Position numbers and translations under genes: made by a program. Under the pieces are notes generated by a model. It was not told where the DNA came from. It saw nothing but the letters and a program-made list of their open reading frames with translations, and did not search any database. From assembly GCA_965198115.1 (NCBI GenBank), contig OZ240241.1, positions 736,001 through 800,000 on the forward strand: a stretch of DNA of 64,000 nucleotides, written 5' to 3'. Positions within the stretch are counted from its first letter, which is position 1, and every line of letters starts with the position of its first letter. This stretch comes from Candidatus Latescibacterota bacterium (lineage in GTDB: Bacteria; Latescibacterota; UBA2968). This document shows positions 42,200-53,898 of the stretch, one piece after another.

Positions 42200-43611
42200 G
42201 TTAGGGGGTGGTACTCTGTAGAGTGCCGCCCTTTTCTTTTCGACTACCTGCTTGAGATACGCGATCCGTGCGCGGGCCGTCGCCTTCGAGTCATCCTCAT
42301 CGGGCCAGAGGTCGACGAATTTTTCGTAGGCGCGAAGCGCCTTTTCGTCCTCTCCGGCGTTTCGGTAGAGGGCACCGAGGGGATAGTAGTCAGCGGCAGA
42401 AGTGCTGTCGACCCTTACGACAGTCTCCAGTGACTCTATGGCCGATGTCCAGAACGCCACATGGTTAGCGCGGCTGACAGAAGGAATGCTACGTAAATGA
42501 GGAACTGAGGGATGCCATACTCCGCTGCAAACCACAGATAATCGTTGTGAGGGCGTCGAAAAGCGCGCCCCGGACGTATCTGCTCTCCCCTATCGTATCG
42601 AGGGTACTCGTTCTCCCAGTCCATTAGCCCCACCCCGAATAGAGGATAGTCCAGGACCATGCGAATCGTGTTCATCCAGGTGGACATTCGCCCGCTGTGT
42701 TGTGCGTGCCCGATTGAGAGCAAGGCCTCAGAAACAGATGACTTTTGGTCCGGAATGCGAGCGAGTCTCCCAAGCTGTTCCGGAGCGGGTTGGATCTGCG
42801 CGCCCCAAGTGACGCAGGCAACCGCTGCGGTGGCAATCAGAACCTTGCGACGCGTCATGAGATGGAGTTCGGATGATAGGAAGTGAAGGTGCTTGCGCCT
42901 CAAGATGAGGCACACGCCTACGAGCATTATTGCGCTCGCCAGGCCCACCCAGCTGCCGCGAGTTCGTGTGTAGATCAGCAGCAGCACCGAAGCGGCCGAG
43001 GAGGACGCGGTGAGGATTTCTGCCAAGGCGCTTCGTGTCATCAGGAACGGTACGATCCCAACAGGAACGGCGACGATAAGATACATTGCCAGCAGGTTTC
43101 GGTAAGAAAACGTCGCACTGGGGAGGCCTGCAGTTGGCCATTGAAGAAACGCCAGATTCAAGTACTGGCAGATTCCAATGATGGAAACGACGATCGTAGC
43201 CAGGGAAATACACCAGGTCCAGAGAGGTAGGTTTTTCCGTTCGGTCAGGCGGGAAAAGGCGAAGTATAGCGATGTCAGCATAGCAAACTTCGCCAACTCA
43301 AGTCCTCCTCGGAGCCAGGACGTCGACCCCAGGTAGGCGACGCACGTCGTGGCTAGGAAGGCGAGCGTCCACTGGTCCAGCTTGCTCAGATGACCAATGC
43401 CTTTACCGCTCCCAAACCACAAAAGGGACACGAAAACCGTGGCAGCCGCCACCGCGACGTACTTCGGCATGAGGCCTGGGTCCGAAAAGCCTAGGGGATA
43501 GACCCACGCCGTTCTGAAGATCAGTCCTGCACCCGCCAACGATGTTGAGCGATAGAGAGGCGGTCGGCTACTCTCGTCGACCGTATTTTCTATGATGTTT
43601 GCCTCCATCAA
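42200..43611 (-). pseudogene. O-antigen ligase family protein with TPR tail, probably internally deleted; 3' end approximate
   Basis: TRTRGSW, GRMSTW, PLFGVG, RPHNDYL; jumps in another frame to YYPLGALYRNAGEDEKALRAYEKF. Confidence 0.7.
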
Positions 43612-43812
43612 ATGCCGTGTTCGCGCCGTAAGGGTCTTCGACAGTCAAATCAAGATAGTAACAGCAATCGTCCGACGGAAACGCGCAACGACAAACACTC
43701 TGCGATCTTCGAGACAAGAATACGAATCAAAGAGTGGCTCCGTACTCGGTACCGGTCGTATCTTGGGCGGGCCATCGCTCGGTTTGAACCAAAACAGCCT
43801 TCCCAAGGCTTG

Positions 43813-45779
43813 ATGCTGATGTCGATAGAGCCACAAATTCGTGCAGCTTCGGTCGACGCCGGAACCTCGCGCCCTCCCGTCACCCTTCTGTCACTGACGT
43901 TGGGCATGTTGTTCTGTGTGTTGGCGACGGTGGCGGGTTCGTATGCTCGATTCGTCCTTCACACCACGCGTTTGGACCAGAACCACCTTTCCATGGCTGC
44001 TGTCGTACCGCTGGCCCTGATCGCCGTATTCCTCTCCCGCCCGTTGAAGATCCGCCGTGGTGAAATGATCGTGATCTTCTCGATGGCCCTGATCGGCGCG
44101 ACGATGCCGACTTACTTCATCGGAAAGCTGATCGCCAACATCACCGTGCCCTACTATCTCGCCACACCCGAGAACCAATGGGCCACCTTTTTCGGCTCAG
44201 ACCTGCCTTCTTACGCCGTTCTCGAGCCCGGCCGCGCCCTCGAATGGTTTTTCGAAGGCTTGCCCCGCGGATCGACGATTCCGTGGGATGCTTGGGTGGT
44301 ACCGGTCTTCTGGTGGGTTACGGTGATCGCTGCCTTCTACGGTTGCTGTCTGTGTCTGATGGTGGTGCTGAGAAAGCAGTGGATGGAATACGAACGTGTC
44401 GAGTATCCTTTGATGGAAATGCCCCTGGCGATCGTGGAGGAACCACGGAACGGCAGGCGATGGCTTCGGGTGCCGGTCATGCAGTCTCCGCTGTTCTGGA
44501 TCGGCTTCGGGATCCCGATGTTCATGATTTTGTGGAACATCGGGTCCTATTTCAATCCGACCTTCCCATCGATTCCCTGGCGCTATCCGACGATTCAATT
44601 TGGACGACAGTTTCCGCCTCTTCGGATGCTGCTGTATCCGATGATCGTTGGCTTCGCCTATTTCATCAAGCTTGACATCCTTCTGAGTCTCTGGGTTTTC
44701 AACGTATTCACGAACCTCGAGATCGGAGTTTTCAATCGTCTTGGCTACGAGGCCGGTGCATACGAGGAGTATTCCACGAAGCCGCTGTCGGTAGGCGCTC
44801 AAACGATGGGGGCTTTCATCGTCATCGTCTCGGTCGGTTCTGGATGGCACGTCACCATCTTCGGGATGTGTTCCGAAAAGCTTTCTACGGTGATCGCGAC
44901 GTGGATGACTCGAGCGAGGTGATCTCCTATCGTACAGCTGTGTTCGGGTTCCTCGTTTGTGCGGCCTACCTCGTGGTGTGGCATTACCGCACCGGCATGG
45001 AACTGAAACTGATCCCTCTTTTTCTCCTGGGCTGCCTGGTGATGTACCTGGGGATCACACGCGTGATCGCCGAAACGGGGCTCATCGCCCTTCGCGCACC
45101 ACTGATGCCCCAGCCGTTTGCTTTGTTTCTGATGGGTTCGGACGTCCTCACGCAAAGGACGATGGTGTCCATCGCGCTTTCCTACTCCTGGTGCAGCGAC
45201 ACAAAGACGACGATCATGCCCTCACTCGCCCATTCGTTGAGGCTCTACGATACCGTGAGGGGGCATCGTCGGGCTCTGCTGGGTGCCGTTCTTTTGGCGA
45301 TGACAGTTGGAGTCGCCGCCTCGTTCGTCTACACGGTTCACGCAGGCTACGAGACGGGTGCGGCGAACTACGGTGGAATTTTCACGGGGGGACTGGCCCA
45401 GTATCCGTGGGACAACCTCGTGAAAAAATCGAAGGAACCGTTCGATACACAGTGGAAGCCCCTGAGCTTCATGGGCATCGGAGCCGTCGTCACCGGGATC
45501 CTGATGATCGTGCGATATCGTTACCCGGCGTGGCCGTTTCACCCTGTTGGTTTCGCGGCGGGACCCGTGATCCCCGCCAATTATCTGTTGTTGTCGTTCC
45601 TGGTTGCTTGGTTCATCAAGCAGGGGATCCTGAGTGTTGGTGGAATCCGAGGCTATCGCGCCGGGAGGCCGTTCTTCATCGGACTCATTCTGGGACATTT
45701 CGTGGGTGCGGCCCTTTCCTTCGGTGTCGATATGGTCTGGTTTCCGGGACGAGGCCACGGGATTCCGTTCTCGGACTAG
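43813..45779 (+). CDS. DUF6785-like multi-pass membrane protein (putative transporter), frameshifted at ~44840
   Basis: IPWDAWVVP, RKQWMEYERVEYPL, RVIAETG, WPFHPVGF, RPFFIGLILG. Confidence 0.75.
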
Positions 45780-45932
45780 TGCGATCCAATCCCCACGATG
45801 AGGCCAGCGGCGACTTTGTTCCACGAGGGAGTGGCACTCCAGCCGCGTTATGATGTAACTTTCTTCCGTGCACGTGTGTCTGAGAATTGAGTCAGCCTGA
45901 AATGGAACACCATCCAACCGCTTGGAGGCATC

Positions 45933-46454
45933 ATGCCCGAGGCAATCGCTGTAGCTGATGCGTTGGCCGAGCTCGTCGAAGCCGGTTTCACCCGAGATCA
46001 GGGTCGTCTCGAAACGATTTTCATTCGCCCGGAGCACGATGGGCGCGAAGAACTCGAAGAGGCTACGTTGACGACGGCCGAGGGGGTCGTCGGAGACCTG
46101 TGGAAAACCAAGGATTCCCGAACACAGATTACGCTCATGAACGCAAAGGTCCTCGACTGCGTTTGCCAGGGGGATCGATCGCGATGGGGGCTGGCGGGTG
46201 ATCAGCTGATCGTCGACCTCGACCTGAGCGTTGAGAACCTGCCCGTCGGGCAACGACTACAGATCGGAGAGACGACGGTCGAGGTGACCGAGATTCCGCA
46301 CACGGGATGCCAGAAGTTCACTGCCCGGTATGGGGCCGAGGCATTGGACTACATCAACGCCGAGGTGCGAGCAGATCTGCGTCTGCGGGGCGTCTACGTG
46401 AGGGTGGTCGAAGATGGGACGGTGCGAGCGGGAGACGCGATCGAAAAGATCTGA
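45933..46454 (+). CDS. MOSC domain protein
   Basis: GVVGD, QITLMN, AGDQLIVD, PHTGCQKF, RGVYVRVV. Confidence 0.9.
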   Translation: MPEAIAVADALAELVEAGFTRDQGRLETIFIRPEHDGREELEEATLTTAEGVVGDLWKTKDSRTQITLMNAKVLDCVCQGDRSRWGLAGDQLIVDLDLSVENLPVGQRLQIGETTVEVTEIPHTGCQKFTARYGAEALDYINAEVRADLRLRGVYVRVVEDGTVRAGDAIEKI

Positions 46455-46477
46455 AGATAGACTGAGCAAAGAGAGCA

Positions 46478-46515
46478 GGCCCCGGCGTTTCAACGACGTC
46501 GGGGCCCCTTTCTTT
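46478..46515 (+). terminator. Intrinsic terminator
   Basis: GGCCCCGGCGT...ACGTCGGGGCC followed by CCTTTCTTT. Confidence 0.7.
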
Positions 46516-46571
46516 GTAGAGTCGGGTTTGTGTCAGACAGCGATGCCGTGCGTCTCGAGCCACTTTTTTTT

Positions 46572-47991
46572 GGCTCTATCCGGGTTTCTCAACGGTGAAA
46601 CTATAGAATGACAAGGTCATAGATCGTTCCCTACGCTTGGTTGTGTGTGTAGGACAATCAAAGCGAAGGGGGTGCGACCTATGACCGGGAGCAGATTACT
46701 ATCGAAACTGCTGAGATTCAAGGGGTTCCGTGTTGTCAGCTGGTGGTTTGAGGGGAGAAGCTGTTTCGTCATCGCCGTAAAGCCCCATAAGAATGGTTGT
46801 TGTTGTCCGGAGTGCGGCCGTCGAGGTAAAATCGTCCGCACAATGCCCCATCCGCGTCGGTGGCGTGACATTCCGGTGTGCGGGTGGAGGGTCTGGCTTC
46901 TCTACCATCCTCGGGAGATTCGGTGTCCTACCCACGGTCGTGTGGTCGAGGAGATTCCGTGGGCGGAGCGGTTCTCTCGGGTGACGTATCGCTTCGAGTA
47001 TGCCATGCTGCGCTACTGCCAGACCATGACGCAGAAGGCGGCGTCCGAGTTGCTGCGCATCTCTGCCTCGACGCTGTCGGATCTCCTTCACCGATCCATC
47101 ACGCGGCTTCGTGAAGGTCATCGTATCCGAGGGCTCAAAACCATCGGGATCGACGAGATCTCCTACGCCAAGCGTCACAGGTACGCCACGCTCGTTTACG
47201 ATCTGGACCGCTCCTGCGTGGTGTGGGTTGGCCGCGGCAGGGCGCGTAAAACGATCGATCGGTTTTTCACAGAGGCTCTCAGTCCCTACCAGAGATCCAA
47301 GATCGAGTGGGCCTGCTGCGACATGAGCGAAGCTTACATCGGAGCCATCCAGGAACACTGTCCGAATGCCAAGCTGGTCCTCGATCGCTTTCACATCGTC
47401 AAGGCTCTCAATGCCGCCGTTGACGAGGTCCGTAAGGACCAGTGGCGTAAAGCTGCCCCGGATGAGCGCAAAGCCATGAAGGGCCTCCGATGGCTCCTCT
47501 ACCGGCACTCAGCGACACGCTCCAGAGGGGATACTCGGACACTCAAAGCACTGGAGAAGGCGAACTACCGAATCTATAGAGCCTGGAGACTCAAGGACGA
47601 GTTCGAGCAGTTCTGGGAATACAAAGCGCCCTGGGCTGCCGAACGCTTCCTGAAATGCTGGACGACGTCCGCACTCAGAAGTCGACTTGAACCCCTGCGA
47701 AAGTTCGTCAGGACCCTGCGACAGCACTTCTTCGGCGTCCTCGCATTCGTGAACACGCGTCTTACCAACGCCATCGCCGAAGGCCTCAACCGAATCGTCC
47801 AAATCGTCAAGAACCGAGCCAGCGGATTCCGCACACTCGACGCATTCAACGATATGATCTTCCTTACCGTCGGAGACATAAACATCCCTGAGCAGATTCC
47901 GAAGAGGTTCCGCACACTCTAACCGCGCCCCCATGCCAGGAACCACGGCACCTTCACCCACTTCATCTCGTTGAGAGATCCGGATATAGCC
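46572..47991 (+). mobile_element. ISL3-family element, copy 2 (intact transposase 46645/46681-47922)
   Basis: Same IRs as copy 1; a few SNPs and one indel apart. Confidence 0.97.
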
Positions 47992-48791
47992 GTTTTTAGG
48001 GGTGCGTCCTCATCCTTTACGTTGTAGAACCCCGTTTCGTTGACCTTCTGTCCAAGCAATTGTCGCCGAATTGGATCCGACGATTTCAGCAGATCATCAG
48101 GCAACCTCGGCTCGAACTGTGGCCGCATCCATCGATAGGCGTAGCCGTAGAAAAGGACCTTGCGGACGACGGATGAGTGGTTTGGGCTTCGAGCGTGCCA
48201 TAGCCTACGATCGAAGAGGGTGACATCACCCGGGCGAGCGCAGACAGGAATAGCCCCATCGGGATTTCGATCGGACGGAATCTCGAGGGAGTCGCGAAGG
48301 TGACTGCCGGGTACAACCCAGAAGTTGCCACGGCCTGGTTCGCCGACGTCACTGAGCCAAAGGACGACTTTCATCGAGAGACGCGGGCGTGGACGGGATT
48401 CGATTTCGTCGTTCACGCGGCCGCTGTCCTGGTGGAAAGCGAGCGGTTCGGAAAAGCACGATCCTTCTACGCCTTCCTGCGGTGTGATGCCCAGATGGTG
48501 GTGATAGAGGTAGATGTTCCACCCCAAGATCGACCACACGAGCGGTAGCGTGGCAGGATGGTCGATGAGTTCCACGAAGATCGGGTCTCGCCAGAGGTAG
48601 TCGTGATGGAGCAAGTTCTTGGAAGGGTCGTGTCCTTCCTCTACAAGATGGTTCCATAAGCGGTCCACAGCTTCGGTCAGGTCGGAAACGTGCTGTGGGT
48701 CCAAAACGTCTTCGAGGACCAGGAAACCCTGATCCTCGAAGATGCGACGCCGGTCTTTGGGTAATTGGTACTGGAGCGCTGATTCGTCCAC
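47919..48791 (-). CDS. PhyH-family dioxygenase with native C-terminus replaced by ISL3 sequence
   Basis: FHQDSG, PGSH, FDRRLWH; likely original tail KWLETHGIAV* lies at 46533-46565. Confidence 0.88.
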   Translation of the reverse strand: MDESALQYQLPKDRRRIFEDQGFLVLEDVLDPQHVSDLTEAVDRLWNHLVEEGHDPSKNLLHHDYLWRDPIFVELIDHPATLPLVWSILGWNIYLYHHHLGITPQEGVEGSCFSEPLAFHQDSGRVNDEIESRPRPRLSMKVVLWLSDVGEPGRGNFWVVPGSHLRDSLEIPSDRNPDGAIPVCARPGDVTLFDRRLWHARSPNHSSVVRKVLFYGYAYRWMRPQFEPRLPDDLLKSSDPIRRQLLGQKVNETGFYNVKDEDAPLKTAISGSLNEMKWVKVPWFLAWGRG

Positions 48792-48828
48792 GGATTCCTG
48801 CCGATCTGCTCTGTCGCGCCCGAACCTT

Positions 48829-49557
48829 CTACTTCTTCTTGATGTACGGGTCGCTGCTGCCCCTCGCTTCGCGGAGCGCAGCGAGCCCCTGCCCTTTGAT
48901 CTTCAGCACCTTTCCGATACTCACTTCCTCTTTCTCGATGAGGGCCTTGGCGTTGGCCAGGACCGCCTCGAGGTGTTCCACAGGAAACTTGACGGCACCG
49001 TTCTCATCCATGTGGATGATCTCTCCGGGGGCGATGTCCATTCCCGCGATGTGGACGGGTACCTGGACGGCCTGGATCGCCTGCGGACCGTGACCCGGTG
49101 TGATCCCGTTCGTCAGATACTGAAACTCCATCGGACGGATTTCGTGGATGTCCCTTGACGGTCCGTTCGTGATCGCGCCGGTCGCACCCACTGCCATCAT
49201 GTTCGACGTCATGTTCCCGCCCGCGAGCCCCACCTTGTTCGCCAATTCGGGCGGGAACCGTTGCTCGAAGCAGAAGATGGCAGGCTTCGGTCCGTTGTCC
49301 ATGGCTTCGAGGACTTCGGTGAAATCGTGGGCGGGGTAGTTGGGGTCGGGTACGCTGTAAACGCAAGTAACCGCGTAGCCGGCGATGGCCCCGAGTTCGG
49401 GGTACCAGCACTGAAGGGAGTTGTCGGTATACCAGTTCATCGTCCAGGGGTTGTAAAGGCTCAGGCAGAGCGGATTACCGGGGTAGGTAGCGACCACGTT
49501 CGTGATGGTCGGTGTGTCGATTTTTCGGAGTTCTTCGAGCATTTCCTGGTCGGACAT
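48829..49557 (-). CDS. RraA/HMG-aldolase family protein
   Basis: DTPTITN, GYAVT, GGNMT, TNGPSRD, PGEIIHMDENG. Confidence 0.9.
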   Translation of the reverse strand: MSDQEMLEELRKIDTPTITNVVATYPGNPLCLSLYNPWTMNWYTDNSLQCWYPELGAIAGYAVTCVYSVPDPNYPAHDFTEVLEAMDNGPKPAIFCFEQRFPPELANKVGLAGGNMTSNMMAVGATGAITNGPSRDIHEIRPMEFQYLTNGITPGHGPQAIQAVQVPVHIAGMDIAPGEIIHMDENGAVKFPVEHLEAVLANAKALIEKEEVSIGKVLKIKGQGLAALREARGSSDPYIKKK

Positions 49558-49601
49558 GGTCTTCTCCTGGTGGGGTTGGTGATGTCCTGGTCTAAACGAG
49601 G

Positions 49602-50477
49602 CTACGCAGGACCGACAGGCATACCCTTTCGGTCCGTCCTGGCCCGGAACAGGCTGCCTTCGTTGCCGGTCACGTAAAGCGACTCGGGATCCTCGTCACC
49701 GAACGCACAGTTGGTGGGGCTGATGCCTTCGGGAACAGGATGCGTGTCGAGCACGCGACCGTTCGGGGCGAAGACGTAGATCATCGGGCCGGGCCCGCTC
49801 TGTGCCCAGCCTGCCGTCGCGACGATGTTTCCGTCCACATCGAGGCGCATGCCGTCGATGCCGCGGTGGGGATAGAAGTTGTGGACGACTTGATAGTCTC
49901 CGACCGAGCCATCGTCATTGATGGGGTAGGCGCGAAGCTCTCGTGTGACGTCCGGTCCATAGTCGCTCTGTGCGACCAATAAGGTTTTCAAGTCGGGCGT
50001 GACGATCAATCCGTTAGGACGTGTCGTGTCGAAGGTGACGCGTACGATGTCGTAGTTGTCCTCGCCGATCGGGTCCAGACGAAAGATGGACTCGTGATCG
50101 AGTTCCATGTCGGTTCGATCGCCGTAGCGTGGGTCGGTAAACCCGACTCGCCCCTCCGTATCGACGACGATGTCGTTGGGGCTGTTGAGTCGCCGGCCGC
50201 CGAAGCTGTCCGCCAGAACGACTGGTTCCCGGTCCTCAACGTAGATGACGACTCGTCGACCATCTCCTTCGCAGGCGTAGAGTCGACCGGCAGCATCCAG
50301 CGTCAGTCCGTTGGCCCCGTTCGTGTCCGTTCGGAACTCAACGCAATCGCCCGTCGACGGGTCGTACTTCATGATTCGGTTGTTCGCAATGTCGGTAAAG
50401 AGCAAGTGGTCGCCACGCCACACGGGACCCTCTCCGAAGGCGTAGGGTCCTGCGACCCGTTCAAACTGCCAGGCCAT
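49602..50477 (-). CDS. SMP-30/gluconolactonase family protein
   Basis: EGPVW, NSPND, FTDPRYG, RPNG, DGMRLD, PTNCAFG. Confidence 0.92.
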   Translation of the reverse strand: MAWQFERVAGPYAFGEGPVWRGDHLLFTDIANNRIMKYDPSTGDCVEFRTDTNGANGLTLDAAGRLYACEGDGRRVVIYVEDREPVVLADSFGGRRLNSPNDIVVDTEGRVGFTDPRYGDRTDMELDHESIFRLDPIGEDNYDIVRVTFDTTRPNGLIVTPDLKTLLVAQSDYGPDVTRELRAYPINDDGSVGDYQVVHNFYPHRGIDGMRLDVDGNIVATAGWAQSGPGPMIYVFAPNGRVLDTHPVPEGISPTNCAFGDEDPESLYVTGNEGSLFRARTDRKGMPVGPA

Positions 50478-51231
50478 CGAGTTTCCTTTCCTTCTCTGTA
50501 CCGATGCTCTTGGGGCGGTGAATGTTGGCGCACATCAGTTGTTCGACCAGCTCTGAAGGGTTCTCCAGCTCATCGAGCTGCCCCCGCATGTCCTCCTGTG
50601 TGATCACACAAGGGCGCATATACATCCCGAGCAGGCAGGATCGAGCCTGATCGGTCTGATTCGGTCTGGCCGTATGCCACCACGCCCCGTGCGCGAAGAC
50701 GACGGATCCCTGCATGCCTGTCAAAATCTCGCCGTCTGACTTCCAGGCATCGCGTGGTTCGTCGGGCGGTTTGCCCTTCCGGTGGGAATACGGGACTGCG
50801 CCAGTGGCCCCATTCTCAACGGTGAAGTCATCCAAGAGCCACACCGTCTGACCGGCGAGGTTTCCGTTCGGCCACGGAGGTGTGATCGACCAGTAAGGAT
50901 AGTCGGCGTGCCAGCCGATACGGCCGTGTCCCGGATAGAGGGTGTTGGCCGTCCACGTGGAGCATACGACGTCCTCACCCAGATACCGCTTCCACACGTC
51001 GACGATCAGAGGATGACACATGAGATCCAAGAAAACCGGATCCTTGACGGCGATGCGACCGACGCGTTGGCTGCCCGATGCCTGTTCTTCGGGCGTGATC
51101 TCGTCGGCAAGCAGGCGCGACAAGACGCCATTCACACGATCCGCGTGCTCAGCCGAAATGACATCGGGGACAACGACAAACCCCCGCTCATCCATTCTGG
51201 CGATGATCTGATCGACGGACAATTCAAACAT
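50461..51231 (-). CDS. PhyH-family dioxygenase
   Basis: GFVVVPDV, WHADYP, WLLDDF, SHR, WWHTARPN; ATG after GAAAGGAA. Confidence 0.9.
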   Translation of the reverse strand: MFELSVDQIIARMDERGFVVVPDVISAEHADRVNGVLSRLLADEITPEEQASGSQRVGRIAVKDPVFLDLMCHPLIVDVWKRYLGEDVVCSTWTANTLYPGHGRIGWHADYPYWSITPPWPNGNLAGQTVWLLDDFTVENGATGAVPYSHRKGKPPDEPRDAWKSDGEILTGMQGSVVFAHGAWWHTARPNQTDQARSCLLGMYMRPCVITQEDMRGQLDELENPSELVEQLMCANIHRPKSIGTEKERKLDGLAV

Positions 51232-51243
51232 AGGATTCCTTTC

Positions 51244-52631
51244 GGTCAAGTCCCATAGTCAGTTGAAAACTCATCGGGCCCCGTAGTTTGGTCAGGCTCT
51301 CTTTTGAGCATTCTGTTCGTTGTCGAGATTCAGATCTTTGTTCAGTGCTTGCCTGAGTAGGGGAAGATGTTTGTATCCGCTCACGCGTCGCAGGCGAGGT
51401 TCGATGTCGAGGAGTGCGGCAGCCACCCATCTGTGTCTCTGGGGAGAGTTGTTCCAGCGTCTGACCTTCCGAGTGAGCTCGCCGGTCATGCTGTTGAGGG
51501 CTTCGATGCAGTTGGTGGTTCGGAAGCTTCGTTTCAGGAATGGGAGCATACCCAGCCGGTGGAGGGTCAGGGTTTCCTCCAGGCCTTCCTCGAGGCTCGT
51601 TACGGCAGACTGATTCATCAGCTTCAGTTCGGGTTTAAGTGATTCGAGTGCGGCCTTTGCCTCCTCGTAGGTGTCGCAGTCATAGGCTTTCTGGAGCTTC
51701 CGTCGAACTCTTGGACGTTCCCTCTCCGGGAGATAGCTGACGACATTCTCGCGCTTGTGCCACTGACAGCGATGCACGCGCACATACCCTTTGAGGGCTT
51801 TGGTGACAGCACTGCGGAGTCCCTTTGAGCCGTCAAGCACAACGAGAAGGCCCTGGTCGTAGCACAGGCCTCTCCGGATGAGGTCCTGGATCAGCTGGCG
51901 GCAGATCCGTTCGTTCTCCGTCGCCGATTCGACGAAGCCCAGGGGGATCTTCTGGCCGTCCATCGTGACCCCCGGAGCGATCACGATCTCTTCGTCGGCA
52001 AAGCTCTTTCCGTCAATGAACAGGGTCACGAAGCCGTAGTCGTCGAGGGGACGCTCCTGGAACTGCTTCCGCTTCTTCGCGGTGGCTTTGATGAACCGCC
52101 GCGAGACGGAGGACGCTGAGATACCAAACGCTTCTGGAACCGATTCGGCACAGGCCTTGTAGTTGCGGCACGAGATCCCCTTGAGAACACGAAGCAACAG
52201 CCCCTCGTCCGTCTTCTTGGGCGTCTGTAGAGCCCGGTATGCAGCCAGGGAAACCTCTGCGTCGGTCTCGACGTCGCGCACCCGGGGAACGTCTAACGGG
52301 AGCTTCTGGTCCATCAGATACACGGATCCCTTCTGGCTTCCCCACCGACGATGCGCCTGCTCCGAACCTTTGCGCGCATACCGAACGCCTGCGAGCTGCT
52401 CGACCTCCTGCTGGAGGAGGTCTGCCACTGCCTCCAGACCCAACGGGATCAACGCCTGGATCACCGACAAACGCGTCTCCAAATCGATGACATCGCCCTC
52501 AACCTTGACTTCACCATCGCCTACAAATAGCTTCTCCATCTGGGCTCCTTTCTTACGGGTATACGCTCCTACACGTCTACCCAACGTAAGTTTGGAGCCC
52601 TCTAAGTTTCAACTACGATAGGCACAACACC
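51244..52631 (-). mobile_element. IS256-family element, copy A2 (isoform; transposase ends at 51292)
   Basis: IRs GGTCAAGTCCCATAGTCAGTTGAAA / GGTGTTGTGCCTATCGTAGTTGAAA; perfect 8-bp duplication TTCCTTTC. Confidence 0.97.
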
Positions 52632-52769
52632 TTCCTTTCAATCGGCGACCTAAGATGACGCAAGGGGATGAAAAAGCAAGCTGTTGAGAGGCGGCCCGCT
52701 CGGCCAAACCGCTTGAAGGATCGGTCGGATTGGGCTTAATTGGTCGCTCGCTCATCGAAAGGAGACCCC

Positions 52770-53831
52770 GTGCCAAGATTCGCACCCCAAAGACTCAGAG
52801 AGATCGGTTACGAACTCTTCCACGCCCTCGGCTGTCGTGATGAAGATGCGAGGGCCGCCGTCGACCATCTCGTCGAATCCAACCTTTTTGGCCACGATTC
52901 GCACGGAGTGCTGCGGCTCTACGAATACGCCCGGGCAATTCGTGAAGGACGGTTCGTGGCGGATGCCAAACCGAAGATCGTGAAGGACCATCCCGCGACG
53001 GCGGTAGTCGACGCCGGGGGAGCGCTCGGCCAGGTCGGCGCAACGTTTGCGACTGAGCTGGCAATCCAAAAGGCGCGTGACTACGGCATTGGATCCGTCT
53101 CCCTCAGAAATACGAGTCACATCGGGCGAGTGGGAGCCTATCCGCTGATGGCCGCGCGAGATGGCTTCGTGGGGCAGATTTTCGTTAACGCCGGTCACCT
53201 TGGCTATCAGATTGCCCCGTTCGGTGGGATCGACGGCAGGCTGAGCACGAACCCGCTGGCTTTTTCGGCACCCCGGCGGAATCACGAGCCCCTGATGGTC
53301 GACATGACGACATCGGTCGTGGCGGAAGGCAAGATTCGTGTCGCGTTGAACCGTGGAGACCGGCTGCCCAACGGCTGGGTCATCGATCACGACGGTCAGC
53401 CGACGAACGACCCCACGGATTTCAGTGAAGAGCCCTACGGGGCCATTCTTCCCCTGGGTGGCGTCGTTGCCCACAAGGGGACGGCGCTCAGCATGATGGT
53501 GGAAGTACTTGGAGGCCTGCTGAGTGGGCTGGGCTGTGCGAGCGGGTCACGGACGATGATCAGCAACGGGGTTTTTCTGAACGTCTACAACATCGAGTAT
53601 TTTGCAGATCTGGATGAGTACTACGACGAGTTTGAATCACTCATCGCCCACGTAAAGTCCAGCCGTCTTGCGGACGGTTTCGATCAGATTCTCATTCCCG
53701 GCGAGCCCGAATTCATGAGCGCGGAGCGACGGGAAAAGGAGGGGATCGAATTGGATGACACCACCTGGTCGCGGATCGAGGAAGAAGCGCGTCTGGCGGG
53801 TCTCGACCCCGGGAAATGGTCGCAGGCGTGA
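52770..53831 (+). CDS. Ldh_2 family oxidoreductase (malate/L-sulfolactate/ureidoglycolate dehydrogenase-like)
   Basis: GHDSHG, HIGRVG, STNPL, DMTTS, GVVAHKG, IPGEPE. Confidence 0.92.
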   Translation: MPRFAPQRLREIGYELFHALGCRDEDARAAVDHLVESNLFGHDSHGVLRLYEYARAIREGRFVADAKPKIVKDHPATAVVDAGGALGQVGATFATELAIQKARDYGIGSVSLRNTSHIGRVGAYPLMAARDGFVGQIFVNAGHLGYQIAPFGGIDGRLSTNPLAFSAPRRNHEPLMVDMTTSVVAEGKIRVALNRGDRLPNGWVIDHDGQPTNDPTDFSEEPYGAILPLGGVVAHKGTALSMMVEVLGGLLSGLGCASGSRTMISNGVFLNVYNIEYFADLDEYYDEFESLIAHVKSSRLADGFDQILIPGEPEFMSAERREKEGIELDDTTWSRIEEEARLAGLDPGKWSQA

Positions 53832-53898
53832 TGGAACATAGAACATTGGACAGACATTGGCAGATAGCGCGGAACCGGACTTTCAAATCGGGATTCGT

